DNA from: Acidobacteriota bacterium
GTDB taxonomy: Bacteria > Acidobacteriota > UBA6911
Direction: 5' to 3'
Length of the DNA stretch: 64,000 nt
NCBI GenBank assembly: GCA_963664705.1
Contig: OY761556.1
Location: 2,848,001-2,912,000, forward strand
Below, piece after piece: positions 8,614 to 17,551 of the stretch. Below the pieces are notes generated by a model that was not told the DNA's origin, did not search any database, and worked only from the letters and a program-made list of their open reading frames with translations. Within the stretch, counting starts at the first letter, position 1. Every line of letters begins with the position of its first letter. The position numbers and the translations under genes are program-made.

Positions 8614-10482
8614 TTGCAATTGTTAAATGTGAGATTTTTCCAGGATCTGAAGGCGGAACCACTGGGAAGAATTCAGTGGTTTTTCTTTTTTCTGTACCTA
8701 GCCCTAACCGGCAGTTTCTGCGGTCTGGAACTCGATACATACGTTTCCGATTTACCCTACTTTCAACTCAGCACCTTTCTGCTGCTGCTGAACGTAGCCG
8801 GCATCATGCTGCTCCCCCCGCTTCTATATGCGCTGACAGCGGAGAAGCGCTTTGCAGGCCGTATTGTCCTCATCGCAAATTCGGTTTATCTGCACCTGAT
8901 CGGCTTCCTGGCCCTTTACAAATCAACGCGAAAGATTGACTTCGACTTCAATTTTCTTCGCTACAACACGGCCGATGCCCTTCCGGCACTATGGAAGATT
9001 TATGCCCCGTGGCTGTTTGTCCTGGCCGGTTCCATGATGGCGGTTGTTTTTCTGCAGAAGAGCGCTTTCGCGCCCGTAAAAGCATTCGTACGAAAGTCAC
9101 GCGGGAAATATGGCTGGATACTGGTGGGAGCTTTCCTGGCAAGTATCTCCACACAAATCCTTACACTGCAAAGTGTCCGCGGATCCGCCGCGGGATTTCT
9201 GTACGCCAGTTTTCTGAGCGATCGACAGATACGCAATGAGTACCATGATTTCTACCGGAAGCATATCAACGCGCTTCGGTCGGAAAAACCGCGGGTCATT
9301 TCCCAGGGGCACCCGTCCATTCTGGGAGACGTGGTTTTCTTCGTCAAACAGGAAAGCCTGAACGGCCTGCTGGTTAGCCCGCAGATTACACCGCAGCTTT
9401 TGCGAGCGTCCCATGACGGCATTCTCTTCAAGGATTTCTACGGCAATTCCGTACAAAGTATTCGCGGGTATGAGTGCATTCTGTGTGGCGTACCGCCCAG
9501 CATTGACGGAGCTCTGATTGATGAATACGCACCGCAGGACCTGCAGGAACTAAGCTGCCTCCCGCGAATTTTCAAATCCCTCGGGTATCACCCCCTCTAC
9601 TTTTTCGGGGGAAGCCGAAACGCCCGGATTGTTCAGTTCGCGGAATCCATCGGCTTCGAGAAGGTACTGGCTGACGACATCATGCAGCCCGAGGATAAGA
9701 AATTTGACTGGGGATACAGGGAAGATGTCTTCTACTCCCGGGCATTTGAATATCTGCAGAGGTATCCTTCCGACGCCAAACTCTTCGTCTTCATGGATAC
9801 GGGCGCAACGAATCACGTTCCCTTCAGGGTCCTGGACCCGGCGTATCAGAGCAGGATTCCCTTCCCGGAACCTGAAAGTTTTTCAGAACACCTGTCGAAC
9901 ACTACCTTTGTTCAAGACGCATACTTCGGTCATTTCTATGATCTCTTCAAACAGCACTATGGATCCCGTGGTTCCATGGTGGTATCCAGCGACCACTCCT
10001 GGCCCATGTCGATTCATAAGAACAATATCTATAACGAGAGAGGTGCTTTCGAGGAAAACTTCCGCATAGCCATGCTTTTCGTCCCGCCTGAGGCCAAGAA
10101 GGAAAACTACTCCGTCGGTACCGTGGTTTCGGAGCGATTCAGTCAGATGGATATCTTTCCATCGATCCTGGATTTGGTTGGCCTGGAGCCGCAAAACCTG
10201 CTGGGGGAGTCCTTTGCGCCCTGGCTGCTGGCTTCCGAAAAAAACCGACGGGCAGAACCTCAACGGCCGAAAATACTGGTGCAGCCGTATGGGGGCGGAT
10301 TTATTTCCGCGGTGACGTACCCGGATAAATACGTCTTCAATGTACTGGGAAAGAACTACTCCGTGTACGATCTCGAAAAGGATCCGGAAGAGGCTGTGCC
10401 CGCTCTGTACAGCGACAATAGCCACGAATTCCTGATTAAAGAATTCTTTCATCCGGAAAGAATCAAGCTTGCCAGGAAGTAA
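8614..10482 (+). CDS. LTA synthase/sulfatase-family membrane protein (phosphoglycerol transferase-like)
   Basis: About 5 N-terminal TM helices, then an alkaline-phosphatase fold: QESL, NH(V)PF, QD, SSDH, SQMDIFPSILDLVG, YDLEKDPEE; start codon uncertain. Confidence 0.85.
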   Translation: MQLLNVRFFQDLKAEPLGRIQWFFFFLYLALTGSFCGLELDTYVSDLPYFQLSTFLLLLNVAGIMLLPPLLYALTAEKRFAGRIVLIANSVYLHLIGFLALYKSTRKIDFDFNFLRYNTADALPALWKIYAPWLFVLAGSMMAVVFLQKSAFAPVKAFVRKSRGKYGWILVGAFLASISTQILTLQSVRGSAAGFLYASFLSDRQIRNEYHDFYRKHINALRSEKPRVISQGHPSILGDVVFFVKQESLNGLLVSPQITPQLLRASHDGILFKDFYGNSVQSIRGYECILCGVPPSIDGALIDEYAPQDLQELSCLPRIFKSLGYHPLYFFGGSRNARIVQFAESIGFEKVLADDIMQPEDKKFDWGYREDVFYSRAFEYLQRYPSDAKLFVFMDTGATNHVPFRVLDPAYQSRIPFPEPESFSEHLSNTTFVQDAYFGHFYDLFKQHYGSRGSMVVSSDHSWPMSIHKNNIYNERGAFEENFRIAMLFVPPEAKKENYSVGTVVSERFSQMDIFPSILDLVGLEPQNLLGESFAPWLLASEKNRRAEPQRPKILVQPYGGGFISAVTYPDKYVFNVLGKNYSVYDLEKDPEEAVPALYSDNSHEFLIKEFFHPERIKLARK

Positions 10483-10716
10483 TCAGGATTGCGGATTTGA
10501 CTTTACCGCCATATCTTCGGCTTGAAACGCGATGCTCTTGTGCGTTCCATCGCAAAAGGGTTTTGTCGCTGAGGCGCCGCAGCGGCAGAGTGAAAAGCTT
10601 TCCTTTCCCGCCAGATCATAGCTGTTGCCATCGGCGTCGACCAATTCAACCGTGCCGGCAGGAGCTTCCACTCGATACGACCCGTTTCTCTTCACCGTGA
10701 TCTTTACAATCGCCAT
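10483..10716 (-). CDS. CDGSH iron-sulfur domain protein
   Basis: LCRCGASATKPFCDGTH; AAGGAGG RBS before the ATG at 10716. Confidence 0.95.
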   Translation of the reverse strand: MAIVKITVKRNGSYRVEAPAGTVELVDADGNSYDLAGKESFSLCRCGASATKPFCDGTHKSIAFQAEDMAVKSNPQS

Positions 10717-10882
10717 ATTCCTCCTTGATCCGCTATCTGGCCTGACCCATGGGGGCATGGTTCCATGCCCGGCTCTCAGATTTTACTCTATCAGCACGCT
10801 CTGCAAAACCGCCGAATCGCCCGGGCCGGAGTGCATTGGGATTGGAACTTTGACCTAAAAATATCCAAAAGGCAGGTGCATA

Positions 10883-11380
10883 ATGGACTGCATGTGGAAT
10901 GAACAGAAGGTCATGAGAATAGGTCTGATTGCAGCGGTAATTCTGATTGTACTCCGGATAGTTCTGGAACAGTCCGGCGCCCCGTTCATGGCAGCAAGCA
11001 TCTTCGGCGTAGTCTGGCTCTATTTCATCCTGCCGGCGATGTTTGCCGTGGCCATAAGAAACCACTCGCAAACAAAACCCTTCGGCAGATTGATGAAAGA
11101 TGTTGTTTTGTTCGCCATCTACACTCGTGTGATGGTCGCAATGACCTATGTGATTGCGCACTATCTAAATTGGACTGCCGCCAGATTTTCCGCAGCGCAA
11201 GGAGGCACCGTCGGCCCCAGTATACAATCCGTGCAGACGCTTTTGTTCATTGCGGTCCGCAATGCGCTCATCTGGGTTGTAATGGCAACCATTATTGGCG
11301 CAATTGTAGGCTCGATTTCTCTTTATATTAAGGGAAAGAGGATGAATCGCACCAGCGTCCCGCCGAATGCTTCATACTGA
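10883..11380 (+). CDS. Four-TM membrane protein of unknown function
   Basis: Four hydrophobic segments; plausible RBS. Confidence 0.75.
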   Translation: MDCMWNEQKVMRIGLIAAVILIVLRIVLEQSGAPFMAASIFGVVWLYFILPAMFAVAIRNHSQTKPFGRLMKDVVLFAIYTRVMVAMTYVIAHYLNWTAARFSAAQGGTVGPSIQSVQTLLFIAVRNALIWVVMATIIGAIVGSISLYIKGKRMNRTSVPPNASY

Positions 11381-11409
11381 TTTTAGGTTTCCTTATTCCG
11401 AAGCCAACA

Positions 11410-11448
11410 AATCTGGAATCTGAAATCTGGAATTTGGAATCTGAAATC
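11410..11448. repeat. Tandem heptamer repeat (AATCTGR x5)
   Basis: aatctgg aatctga aatctgg aatttgg aatctga aatc. Confidence 0.8.
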
Positions 11449-11493
11449 CTTCAAAAAGGATGCGGCGAGACCGCTACTGCTCCTGACACGTCC

Positions 11494-12534
11494 TTAATTC
11501 CCAATGTACCGGGCGTATAGCGATTTCGCTATCCCCATGTCGTATGTGCCGTTGATTATCGCCCGTCCATCGGAAAAGACTGTCAGTTGATAACCATCGA
11601 TGGTTGCTCGAAGTAAAAAGCGGTTCTGCTCGAGGTGCGCCAGCGGTCCCAGTTTTTGGGCAATCGCGTCCAGGTTGATCCTGGTGCCATCCTGCCTGTA
11701 TATCTGCACGGAATTGCGGCCACACAACGTGGTTGCTTCCGCGCCCAGCATTCCATCAAGAAAGGGGAATTCCCGACGCCCGCAGCATGGGCAGTCGGGA
11801 CTCCTCTCCGGCAGCTCCACCATTTCATGCCGATTGATCCACAGGTCCAGGGAGCTGATTTTTCGGGATACATGCTCGCGCGCGCCGGACAGAATCTTCA
11901 TCGCCTCCGCCACCTGCATGGAGGCAACCATCCCGACAATCGGGCCGATGACGCCGGCTGTGTCACAGGACATGCCGACTCCGGCGGGGGGTTTGTTTTC
12001 AAAGATGCAGCGGAGGCAAGGCGTTTCGCCCGGCAGGATGGGAAAGGTCAATCCATTCGCACCCACGCAAGCCCCATAGACCCAGGGGATCCGATTTTTT
12101 ATGGAATAGTCGTTTACAAGATAGCGGACGTCGAAGTTGTCCGATCCATCCATGATCAAGTCGAATCCGCCGAGCAGCCGGTCAATCGACGAAGGATTGA
12201 CATCGTCCACGACGCCCTCAACTCTGACAAGCGAATTAACGAGCCGCAGCTTATTCTCGGCCGCCACTGCCTTCGGCAATACCGCGCGCACATCTTCTTC
12301 ATCAAACAGGATCTGACGCTGCAGATTGCTCTCGTCGACAAAATCGCGGTCAATGATGCGCAGCACACCCACTCCCGCACGCACAAGCATGGAAGCCTGC
12401 ACCGCACCAAGAGCCCCACAGCCAACCAGGGCGACGCGTGAAGCACAGATGCGCGCCTGGCCGTCACTTCCGATACCGTTAAACAGGATCTGGCGGGAAT
12501 AACGAGGATGTACGTTTCCGGTATCGCCGGTCAT
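11494..12534 (-). CDS. ThiF/MoeB family adenylyltransferase
   Basis: RYSRQILF, VGCGALG, DRDFVDESNLQRQ, CLRC and CPCC zinc sites, C-terminal LCGRNSVQI domain; start moved to the ATG at 12534. Confidence 0.92.
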   Translation of the reverse strand: MTGDTGNVHPRYSRQILFNGIGSDGQARICASRVALVGCGALGAVQASMLVRAGVGVLRIIDRDFVDESNLQRQILFDEEDVRAVLPKAVAAENKLRLVNSLVRVEGVVDDVNPSSIDRLLGGFDLIMDGSDNFDVRYLVNDYSIKNRIPWVYGACVGANGLTFPILPGETPCLRCIFENKPPAGVGMSCDTAGVIGPIVGMVASMQVAEAMKILSGAREHVSRKISSLDLWINRHEMVELPERSPDCPCCGRREFPFLDGMLGAEATTLCGRNSVQIYRQDGTRINLDAIAQKLGPLAHLEQNRFLLRATIDGYQLTVFSDGRAIINGTYDMGIAKSLYARYIGN

Positions 12535-12536
12535 AT

Positions 12537-12917
12537 CTACTCCGATTCCAACAGTGAATTCATGACGCTGCACGATCGGCAGATTTTCATTTTCTCTTTC
12601 CAGCCGTGCTGCGGTTTCCCCTCGCACATGGTTCCATTGATAAACCAGCAGAGCGTCCCTGCCTTGAATTCCCAGGCCGGGCACTGGCGCTTCCGCTCCG
12701 GCGGGCACTGGCGCACGATCCAGCAGGCCTTTCTCCCCTTGCGACCTCCCTTCAGCGCCACCAGCAGCAGGATCTGGCTTTCTGCATGGGCCGGAACGCT
12801 CCGCCAGCCCTGCTCGTAGCTCTGGATGGCCTTTAGCGAAGTCTTCAGCAACTTCGCCATATCCGCCTGGGTCTTCCCCAAACGGGATCTGGCGTGGGCA
12901 AACTCATATTTATCCAT
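12537..12917 (-). CDS. XRE-type HTH regulator with a Cys-rich two-CW domain
   Basis: RSRLGKTQADMAKLLKTSLKAIQSYEQG HTH; CW...C...CPAW...CW....TMC...CRSC. Confidence 0.85.
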   Translation of the reverse strand: MDKYEFAHARSRLGKTQADMAKLLKTSLKAIQSYEQGWRSVPAHAESQILLLVALKGGRKGRKACWIVRQCPPERKRQCPAWEFKAGTLCWFINGTMCEGKPQHGWKEKMKICRSCSVMNSLLESE

Positions 12918-12994
12918 ACACCCTCACATTCGGCCCTATGGTTGTACCACACCGTGGGAGGATCCGACAACCGGAAGACGCAGCACGCCAATAT

Positions 12995-14362
12995 TTATGA
13001 AAAGATTTTTCCCGGATTGAGCAGTCCTTCCGGATCCAAGAGATTCTTGATCCGCCGCATCAGATCAAGGCTCTCTCCGTGTTCCGCGGCCAGAAAGCCT
13101 CGTTTCCCAATGCCTACGCCGTGTTCTCCCGTGCACGTCCCCTCAAACTCCAGTGCTTTTTCCACAATTCGACGGTTTGCCGTTTCCACTCTTTCCCAGC
13201 GCACTCTGTCGGAAGGCAAGTCCATTGCGATCACGTGAATGTTGCCGTCCCCCGCGTGCCCGAAAACGTAGGCAACAAGATCCTGCACTTCGTGTTTAAC
13301 AAATGCCACCATTTCGCTATAACAGGATAGCGGGACTGCGATGTCCATGATCAACGGCATCAACCCGGGGTGCTGCCGCTTGATGGATTCGAAGGTCAGG
13401 TGCCGCATCTCCCAAAGACGATCCCTTTCCGCCAACCCAAGCCCCTTGTCGATAAATGTGCTGCCGTTCTCCATGCAGATATCCTGAATATAGGCCATCT
13501 CTGCCCGGAGGCCCTCTTCACTGAAGCCATTGAATTCCATCAGAAGCGTGGGACTCTCCTGCATGGCAAGACCGCGATCCCTATTGAGCACACCAATGAC
13601 GTTGCTTTCGAGAAACTCCATCGCTCCCGGGGAGAACCCCGCGCTCATGACCTGAAATACGGTATTCGTCGCGTTCCGAGCCTCAGGAAAAGTGACGCGG
13701 AGCGCCATAAAGTTGGCCGGAAGCCCCACGAGTCTCAAAGTTGCTTCGGTGACCAGCCCGAGCGTCCCCTCCGAACCAACAAACAGATGGATAAGGTCAT
13801 AGCCCGATGAGCTCTTCCGTGCCCGGTTGCCAACCCTTATCACCTCTCCATCAGGAAGAACAACCACAAGCCTCAGGATATGATCTTTCGTTGCGCCATA
13901 TTTGACGGTCCGGATACCACTCGCATTGTTTCCTATCATCCCGCCGATTGTCGCCGCAGCCCCGGGATCCGGTGGGAAAAACAGGCCGTTTCTGCTGAGC
14001 GTTTTGTTGAGTTCCTTGTACACAACCCCCGCCTCCACATCCACCTGGAAATCCTCCGGACGGATGGAAAGCACCTTCTGCATTTGCTGGAAATCGATCA
14101 CCATTCCGCGTCGCACAGGAATCGGATTCCCCTCGAGACTCGTCCCCACGCCCCAGCCTGTAACCGGGATCCTTCGCTCGAAAGCATAGCGGACGATGCG
14201 GCGAACCTCCTCCGTACTGTGTGGCCAGACAACCGCCTCCGGCAGAACCGGCAGGTGGTAGGATTCGTCATGGGAGTGAAGACTTAAAACCGATTCGCCG
14301 GTTGAAACAAATGCCTCCCCCACAATAGACTTCAAATTCCGGAGATCATCCTGCGTTATCAT
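12995..14362 (-). CDS. FAD-linked oxidase (D-lactate dehydrogenase/GlcD family)
   Basis: PEAVVWP, GVGTSLEG, FPPDPGAAATIGGMIGNNASG, GSEGTLG, GHAGDGNIH, GEHGVG, LNPGK. Confidence 0.93.
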   Translation of the reverse strand: MITQDDLRNLKSIVGEAFVSTGESVLSLHSHDESYHLPVLPEAVVWPHSTEEVRRIVRYAFERRIPVTGWGVGTSLEGNPIPVRRGMVIDFQQMQKVLSIRPEDFQVDVEAGVVYKELNKTLSRNGLFFPPDPGAAATIGGMIGNNASGIRTVKYGATKDHILRLVVVLPDGEVIRVGNRARKSSSGYDLIHLFVGSEGTLGLVTEATLRLVGLPANFMALRVTFPEARNATNTVFQVMSAGFSPGAMEFLESNVIGVLNRDRGLAMQESPTLLMEFNGFSEEGLRAEMAYIQDICMENGSTFIDKGLGLAERDRLWEMRHLTFESIKRQHPGLMPLIMDIAVPLSCYSEMVAFVKHEVQDLVAYVFGHAGDGNIHVIAMDLPSDRVRWERVETANRRIVEKALEFEGTCTGEHGVGIGKRGFLAAEHGESLDLMRRIKNLLDPEGLLNPGKIFS

Positions 14363-14472
14363 CGTTGCTCCTCGCCTCATGGCAGAATCTACCCGCAACC
14401 ATGCGCATTCACAAATAGTTTTGTTGAGGATACAGGTTCAGTGCAGACGGCAAGGCAGGAAACAAGGATGCC

Positions 14473-14529
14473 AAAGGTGGCTGGCTACCTGATTCCCGCG
14501 CGCCGAAAACCAGGCGGCCGGCCACCTTT
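14473..14529. repeat. Long imperfect inverted repeat (REP-like or terminator)
   Basis: aaaggtggctggc...gccggccaccttt, with inner cctg/cagg pairing. Confidence 0.55.
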
Positions 14530-14592
14530 ACAAAAAGACCGCCCCAAAGGAAAGCGGCCTCGGTGAGGGATGTACGGTTCTATACGGCTTGG

Positions 14593-14793
14593 CTATCTCT
14601 TCCTAAGGATTGTGGCCAGGCAAATTCCCAAAAGGCTAAGGCCTGTCAGGATCGTGCAAAAAAGCAGAACAGAATTGAAGACACCTCCGGTTTCCAGGGA
14701 ATCACTCATCGTTTCGGCCTTCAGCACTGCGGTCTGGGACACAGTAATAAGGGCAATGACAAAAGCTGACCACATAAACCTCTTCATTCTCAT
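14593..14793 (-). CDS. 66-aa microprotein: signal peptide, short acidic linker, C-terminal TM helix, basic tail
   Basis: MRMKRFMWSAFVIALITVSQTAVLKA/ETMSDSLETGG...LLFCTILTGLSLLGICLATILRKR; GAGGG RBS; sigma54 site upstream. Confidence 0.65.
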   Translation of the reverse strand: MRMKRFMWSAFVIALITVSQTAVLKAETMSDSLETGGVFNSVLLFCTILTGLSLLGICLATILRKR

Positions 14794-14846
14794 AGCGGGC
14801 CCTCGCTGCAAAACGACCATTGGATTTTTGCGCTCTACTGCAATCA

Positions 14847-14862
14847 AGCAAATAATCGGCCA
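14847..14862 (-). promoter_or_regulatory. Putative sigma54 (-24/-12) promoter
   Basis: Minus strand TGGCCG-ATTAT-TTGCT with exact GG-N10-GC spacing. Confidence 0.65.
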
Positions 14863-14960
14863 GTTTTGTATTCATGGCAAAAAAAGGGAGCCCTAACCGG
14901 ATAAGTAATAAGAAAATATGAATTTGCAGCCATCAAAATTATCCGCTCACACCTCTTTAT

Positions 14961-15088
14961 TGTAAACATTGTCAACGAATTGTAAACTCGTCCGACGAGG
15001 CATTTAGAAACTTCTATTCATGTATCCCATATCTATATGATTATATTAATTTTTCTTAACCACCATAAAATTGTAAAAAATCTTTACA
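14961..15088. promoter_or_regulatory. Three 17-bp TGTAAA-N8-AC(A/G) enhancer-like boxes
   Basis: TGTAAACATTGTCAACG (14961-14977), TGTAAACTCGTCCGACG (14981-14997), TGTAAAAAATCTTTACA (15072-15088), all in an AT-rich tract. Confidence 0.6.
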
Positions 15089-15385
15089 CTCTGGAGTCGA
15101 GCGTTGACAATGCCCCCGGGATGAACGCCGAAAGCCGGCATTATTCCCAAGTTCGGGCTATGGCGAATATGTTTCAGCCGATGCCGGCCGGAATTCGGCT
15201 GGCGTGACATTTACGGCTGCGGCCCATGCCAGGCAGCGGTGCTCTGTGAAATTCGCAATCCCACATCCGGACAGCCACAGGAACTAGCCATTGCTTCCAG
15301 TTTGTGATTGCAATACCAGATCGTTTTTCCTATTCTCTTCCCACAATTTCATCGACATAGGAATTTGGGGCAGAGGGCCGCTGAT

Positions 15386-15607
15386 TTGGCAAGGATAGAT
15401 CGTTATTGAGCAAAACAGCGCGGTCAAGGTTTGACCGAATGTCTGTTGCTGACGCTGCTGGTCGCGTTGGCACTTTTTGTGCTCGCCCCGCAGATTGCCA
15501 ATCCGATTGTCCAGGTATTCTCCAAAACATCAAAAACTCTAGATCAAAATAAACAGGGCTCCTCTGTTGGCGGAGCGACGGAATCCTCGCAGGATCCGGG
15601 CCTCTAA
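15386..15607 (+). pseudogene. Flp/Fap (type IVb) pilin-like gene with an in-frame TGA in the leader
   Basis: My translation from the TTG at 15386: MARIDRY*AKQRGQGLTECLLLTLLVALALFVLAPQIANPIVQVFSKTSKTL...; GQG-L-x-E prepilin motif plus hydrophobic helix; TGA at 15407-15409; absent from the ORF track. Confidence 0.6.
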
Positions 15608-15796
15608 GACGGGGCACAAGGTAAGATCAGAGGCTCTGGAAGCCGTCGGAATTTCATCTATAATTCCTATATGGTATGGCAGACTTCTTTGACTGCTTTG
15701 CGTTATTCCCTGCTCAAACATGCGGCTACCGCCGGAGTCCATTTCCATATAACGCGATCAAATCGTTGCGGCAAATAGCCCACAAGAGGAGGGTGC

Positions 15797-16213
15797 ATGG
15801 CCGAATTGAAAACAAAAGCCACGAAAGCTTCTGTCGATGATTTTTTGGCTGCCATTGAAAACGAGCAGATACGAACGGATTGCTATACCATTGCCGAAAT
15901 CATGGAGAAAACAGTCAAGGCGAAGGGATGCATGTGGGGCCCGAGCATCGTAGGGTTCGGCCGCCGCAAGTACAAATACCCGGACGGACGGGAGATGGAC
16001 TGGATGGTAATCGCATTTTCGCCGCGCAAGAAAAACATCACGCTGTACATCGCCACTGACTTTGCGGAAAGTCCGGATCTACTGTCCCGGCTCGGCAAAT
16101 ACTCCCTTGGCAAATCCTGCCTGTATATTAAGAGGCTGTCGGAGGTGGATATTACCGTACTCAAAAAAATCGTCAAAGCATCGGCTCAGCACGTGCTGAA
16201 AGAAAATGCCTGA
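15797..16213 (+). CDS. DUF1801 (YdhG-like) domain protein
   Basis: MAELKTKAT..SVDDFL, MWGPSIVGFG..KY, FSPRK..ITLY, LGK..GKSCLYIKRL; GAGGAGG RBS. Confidence 0.9.
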   Translation: MAELKTKATKASVDDFLAAIENEQIRTDCYTIAEIMEKTVKAKGCMWGPSIVGFGRRKYKYPDGREMDWMVIAFSPRKKNITLYIATDFAESPDLLSRLGKYSLGKSCLYIKRLSEVDITVLKKIVKASAQHVLKENA

Positions 16214-16287
16214 ACTGGGAGTGTCCCCGGGGATCAGGCTATGTTCCTGCATGAATTTCCTCGACGACAAACCCTTGGTTTTCCCGA

Positions 16288-16329
16288 TATAATCAGCTGC
16301 GGAGGGCGGGGAATCCGCCCTCCGCAGCT
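16288..16329 (+). promoter_or_regulatory. TATAAT -10 box followed by a perfect 15-bp GC-rich hairpin
   Basis: TATAAT at 16288-16293; agctgcggagggcgg-ggaat-ccgccctccgcagct at 16295-16329. Confidence 0.5.
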
Positions 16330-16366
16330 CAACTCAAACCCAAATCAACATCCAGGATATTCGACC

Positions 16367-17521
16367 ATGAAACGAAGCGAAGATCGTATTCTCACCACGC
16401 ATGTCGGCAGCCTGATTCGCCCCGCCGAATTGCTTGATGCGCTTGCAGCAGTCCGTCACCAACCGCCGACGAGTGAACCCGGATTTATCGAAATCCTGGG
16501 GCGCGCCATAAAGGATGTGGTTCGGAAGCAGGTCGAAGTCGGGATTGACATCATCAACGACGGAGAATTCGGAAAATCGAGTTGGGCCAATTATATTCTC
16601 GAGCGGATCAGCGGATTTGAGAACCGCCCTCACCAGAAAGCTCCGGTGGAATGGCTGGGTAGCGACCCCCATCGGTTCGATCAATTTTTTGCCAAAGAGA
16701 TGCCGTTCCTGTCCGAGGGCCTGCCGGTTGACGCCTGCGTCGGGCCGATTATCTATTCGGATCCGGAGCCCATCGAGGTAAACGTCCGGCTCTTCCAGGA
16801 GGCACTGGCAGCCGTCTCGGTAAAAGAGGCCTTTCTCACAACCGTTGCGCCGGCCAGCGCCGCATTCACGGGTGTGAATGAGCATTATTCTTCAGAACGG
16901 GATTATATCTTTGCTCTGGCAGAGGCATTGCGCGTTGAGTATCTGAAGGTATATGAAGCCGGCCTGCTTGTTCAGGTGGACGACGCGGTACTGGCCAATA
17001 TGTTCGATTTTCTGGTCCAGCAAAGCCCGGAAAAGTACCTAAAATGGGCGGAATTGAGAATCGAAGCCCTGAATCACGCCCTGCGTGGCATCCCGGAAGA
17101 TCGCATTCGCTACCATATCTGTTTCGGCAGTTGGCATGTCCCTCACGTTGCGGACGCCCCTTTATCCGAAATAGCAAAACTAATCCTGAGCGTCCGAGCC
17201 CAGGCGTATTCGATCGAAGCCGCGAATCCGCGTCATGAACACGAATGGCGCGTATGGCAGGAGGTCCGGCTGCCGGCCGACAAAATCCTTATCCCCGGAG
17301 TCATCACTCACCACACGACAACCGTTGAGCATCCGCAGGTAGTGGCTGATCGAATTGTCCGCTTCGCCCGCATTGTCGGACGCGAAAACGTCATTGCGGG
17401 CACGGATTGCGGATTTGCCCAGGCTCAGTCGCTTCAGAGAGTACATCCGCAGGTTATGTGGGCGAAGTTCGAGTCCCTGGTGGAAGGCGCACGGTTGGCC
17501 ACGAAGGAGCTTTGGCACTGA
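16367..17521 (+). CDS. Cobalamin-independent methionine synthase II family protein (single-barrel MetE-like)
   Basis: ILTTHVGSLIRP, GIDIINDGEF, zinc ligands HICFG / IEAANPRH / GTDCGF. Confidence 0.9.
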   Translation: MKRSEDRILTTHVGSLIRPAELLDALAAVRHQPPTSEPGFIEILGRAIKDVVRKQVEVGIDIINDGEFGKSSWANYILERISGFENRPHQKAPVEWLGSDPHRFDQFFAKEMPFLSEGLPVDACVGPIIYSDPEPIEVNVRLFQEALAAVSVKEAFLTTVAPASAAFTGVNEHYSSERDYIFALAEALRVEYLKVYEAGLLVQVDDAVLANMFDFLVQQSPEKYLKWAELRIEALNHALRGIPEDRIRYHICFGSWHVPHVADAPLSEIAKLILSVRAQAYSIEAANPRHEHEWRVWQEVRLPADKILIPGVITHHTTTVEHPQVVADRIVRFARIVGRENVIAGTDCGFAQAQSLQRVHPQVMWAKFESLVEGARLATKELWH

Positions 17522-17523
17522 AC

Positions 17524-17550
17524 CGATGGGAGCCTCGGCCGCTCCCATCG
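17524..17550. terminator. Hairpin between convergent genes
   Basis: cgatgggagc-ctcggcc-gctcccatcg. Confidence 0.55.
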
Positions 17551-17551
17551 A

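Noticed and set aside
10844-10870. Third copy of the GGAACTT ECF promoter
   Set aside because: The -35 matches but there is no GTTT(A/G)A at 15-nt spacing
11494-12534. ThiF protein as part of a CBASS, ubiquitin-like defence or RiPP system
   Set aside because: Architecture is the standard MoeB/ThiF type; no E2, JAB, cyclase or precursor peptide adjacent
15279-15295. Possible sigma54 site upstream of the Flp-like gene (AGGAAC-TAGCCA-TTGCT)
   Set aside because: GG-to-GC spacing is one base too long, and sigma54 spacing is strict
15407-15409. In-frame TGA in the pilin gene as selenocysteine or an alternative genetic code
   Set aside because: No convincing SECIS-like hairpin downstream, the position is in a cleaved leader, and TGA is a normal stop elsewhere (tag, parC)
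15330-15748. Minus-strand ORFs of 95 aa and 69 aa
   Set aside because: No motifs; the plus-strand pilin-like frame explains the region better
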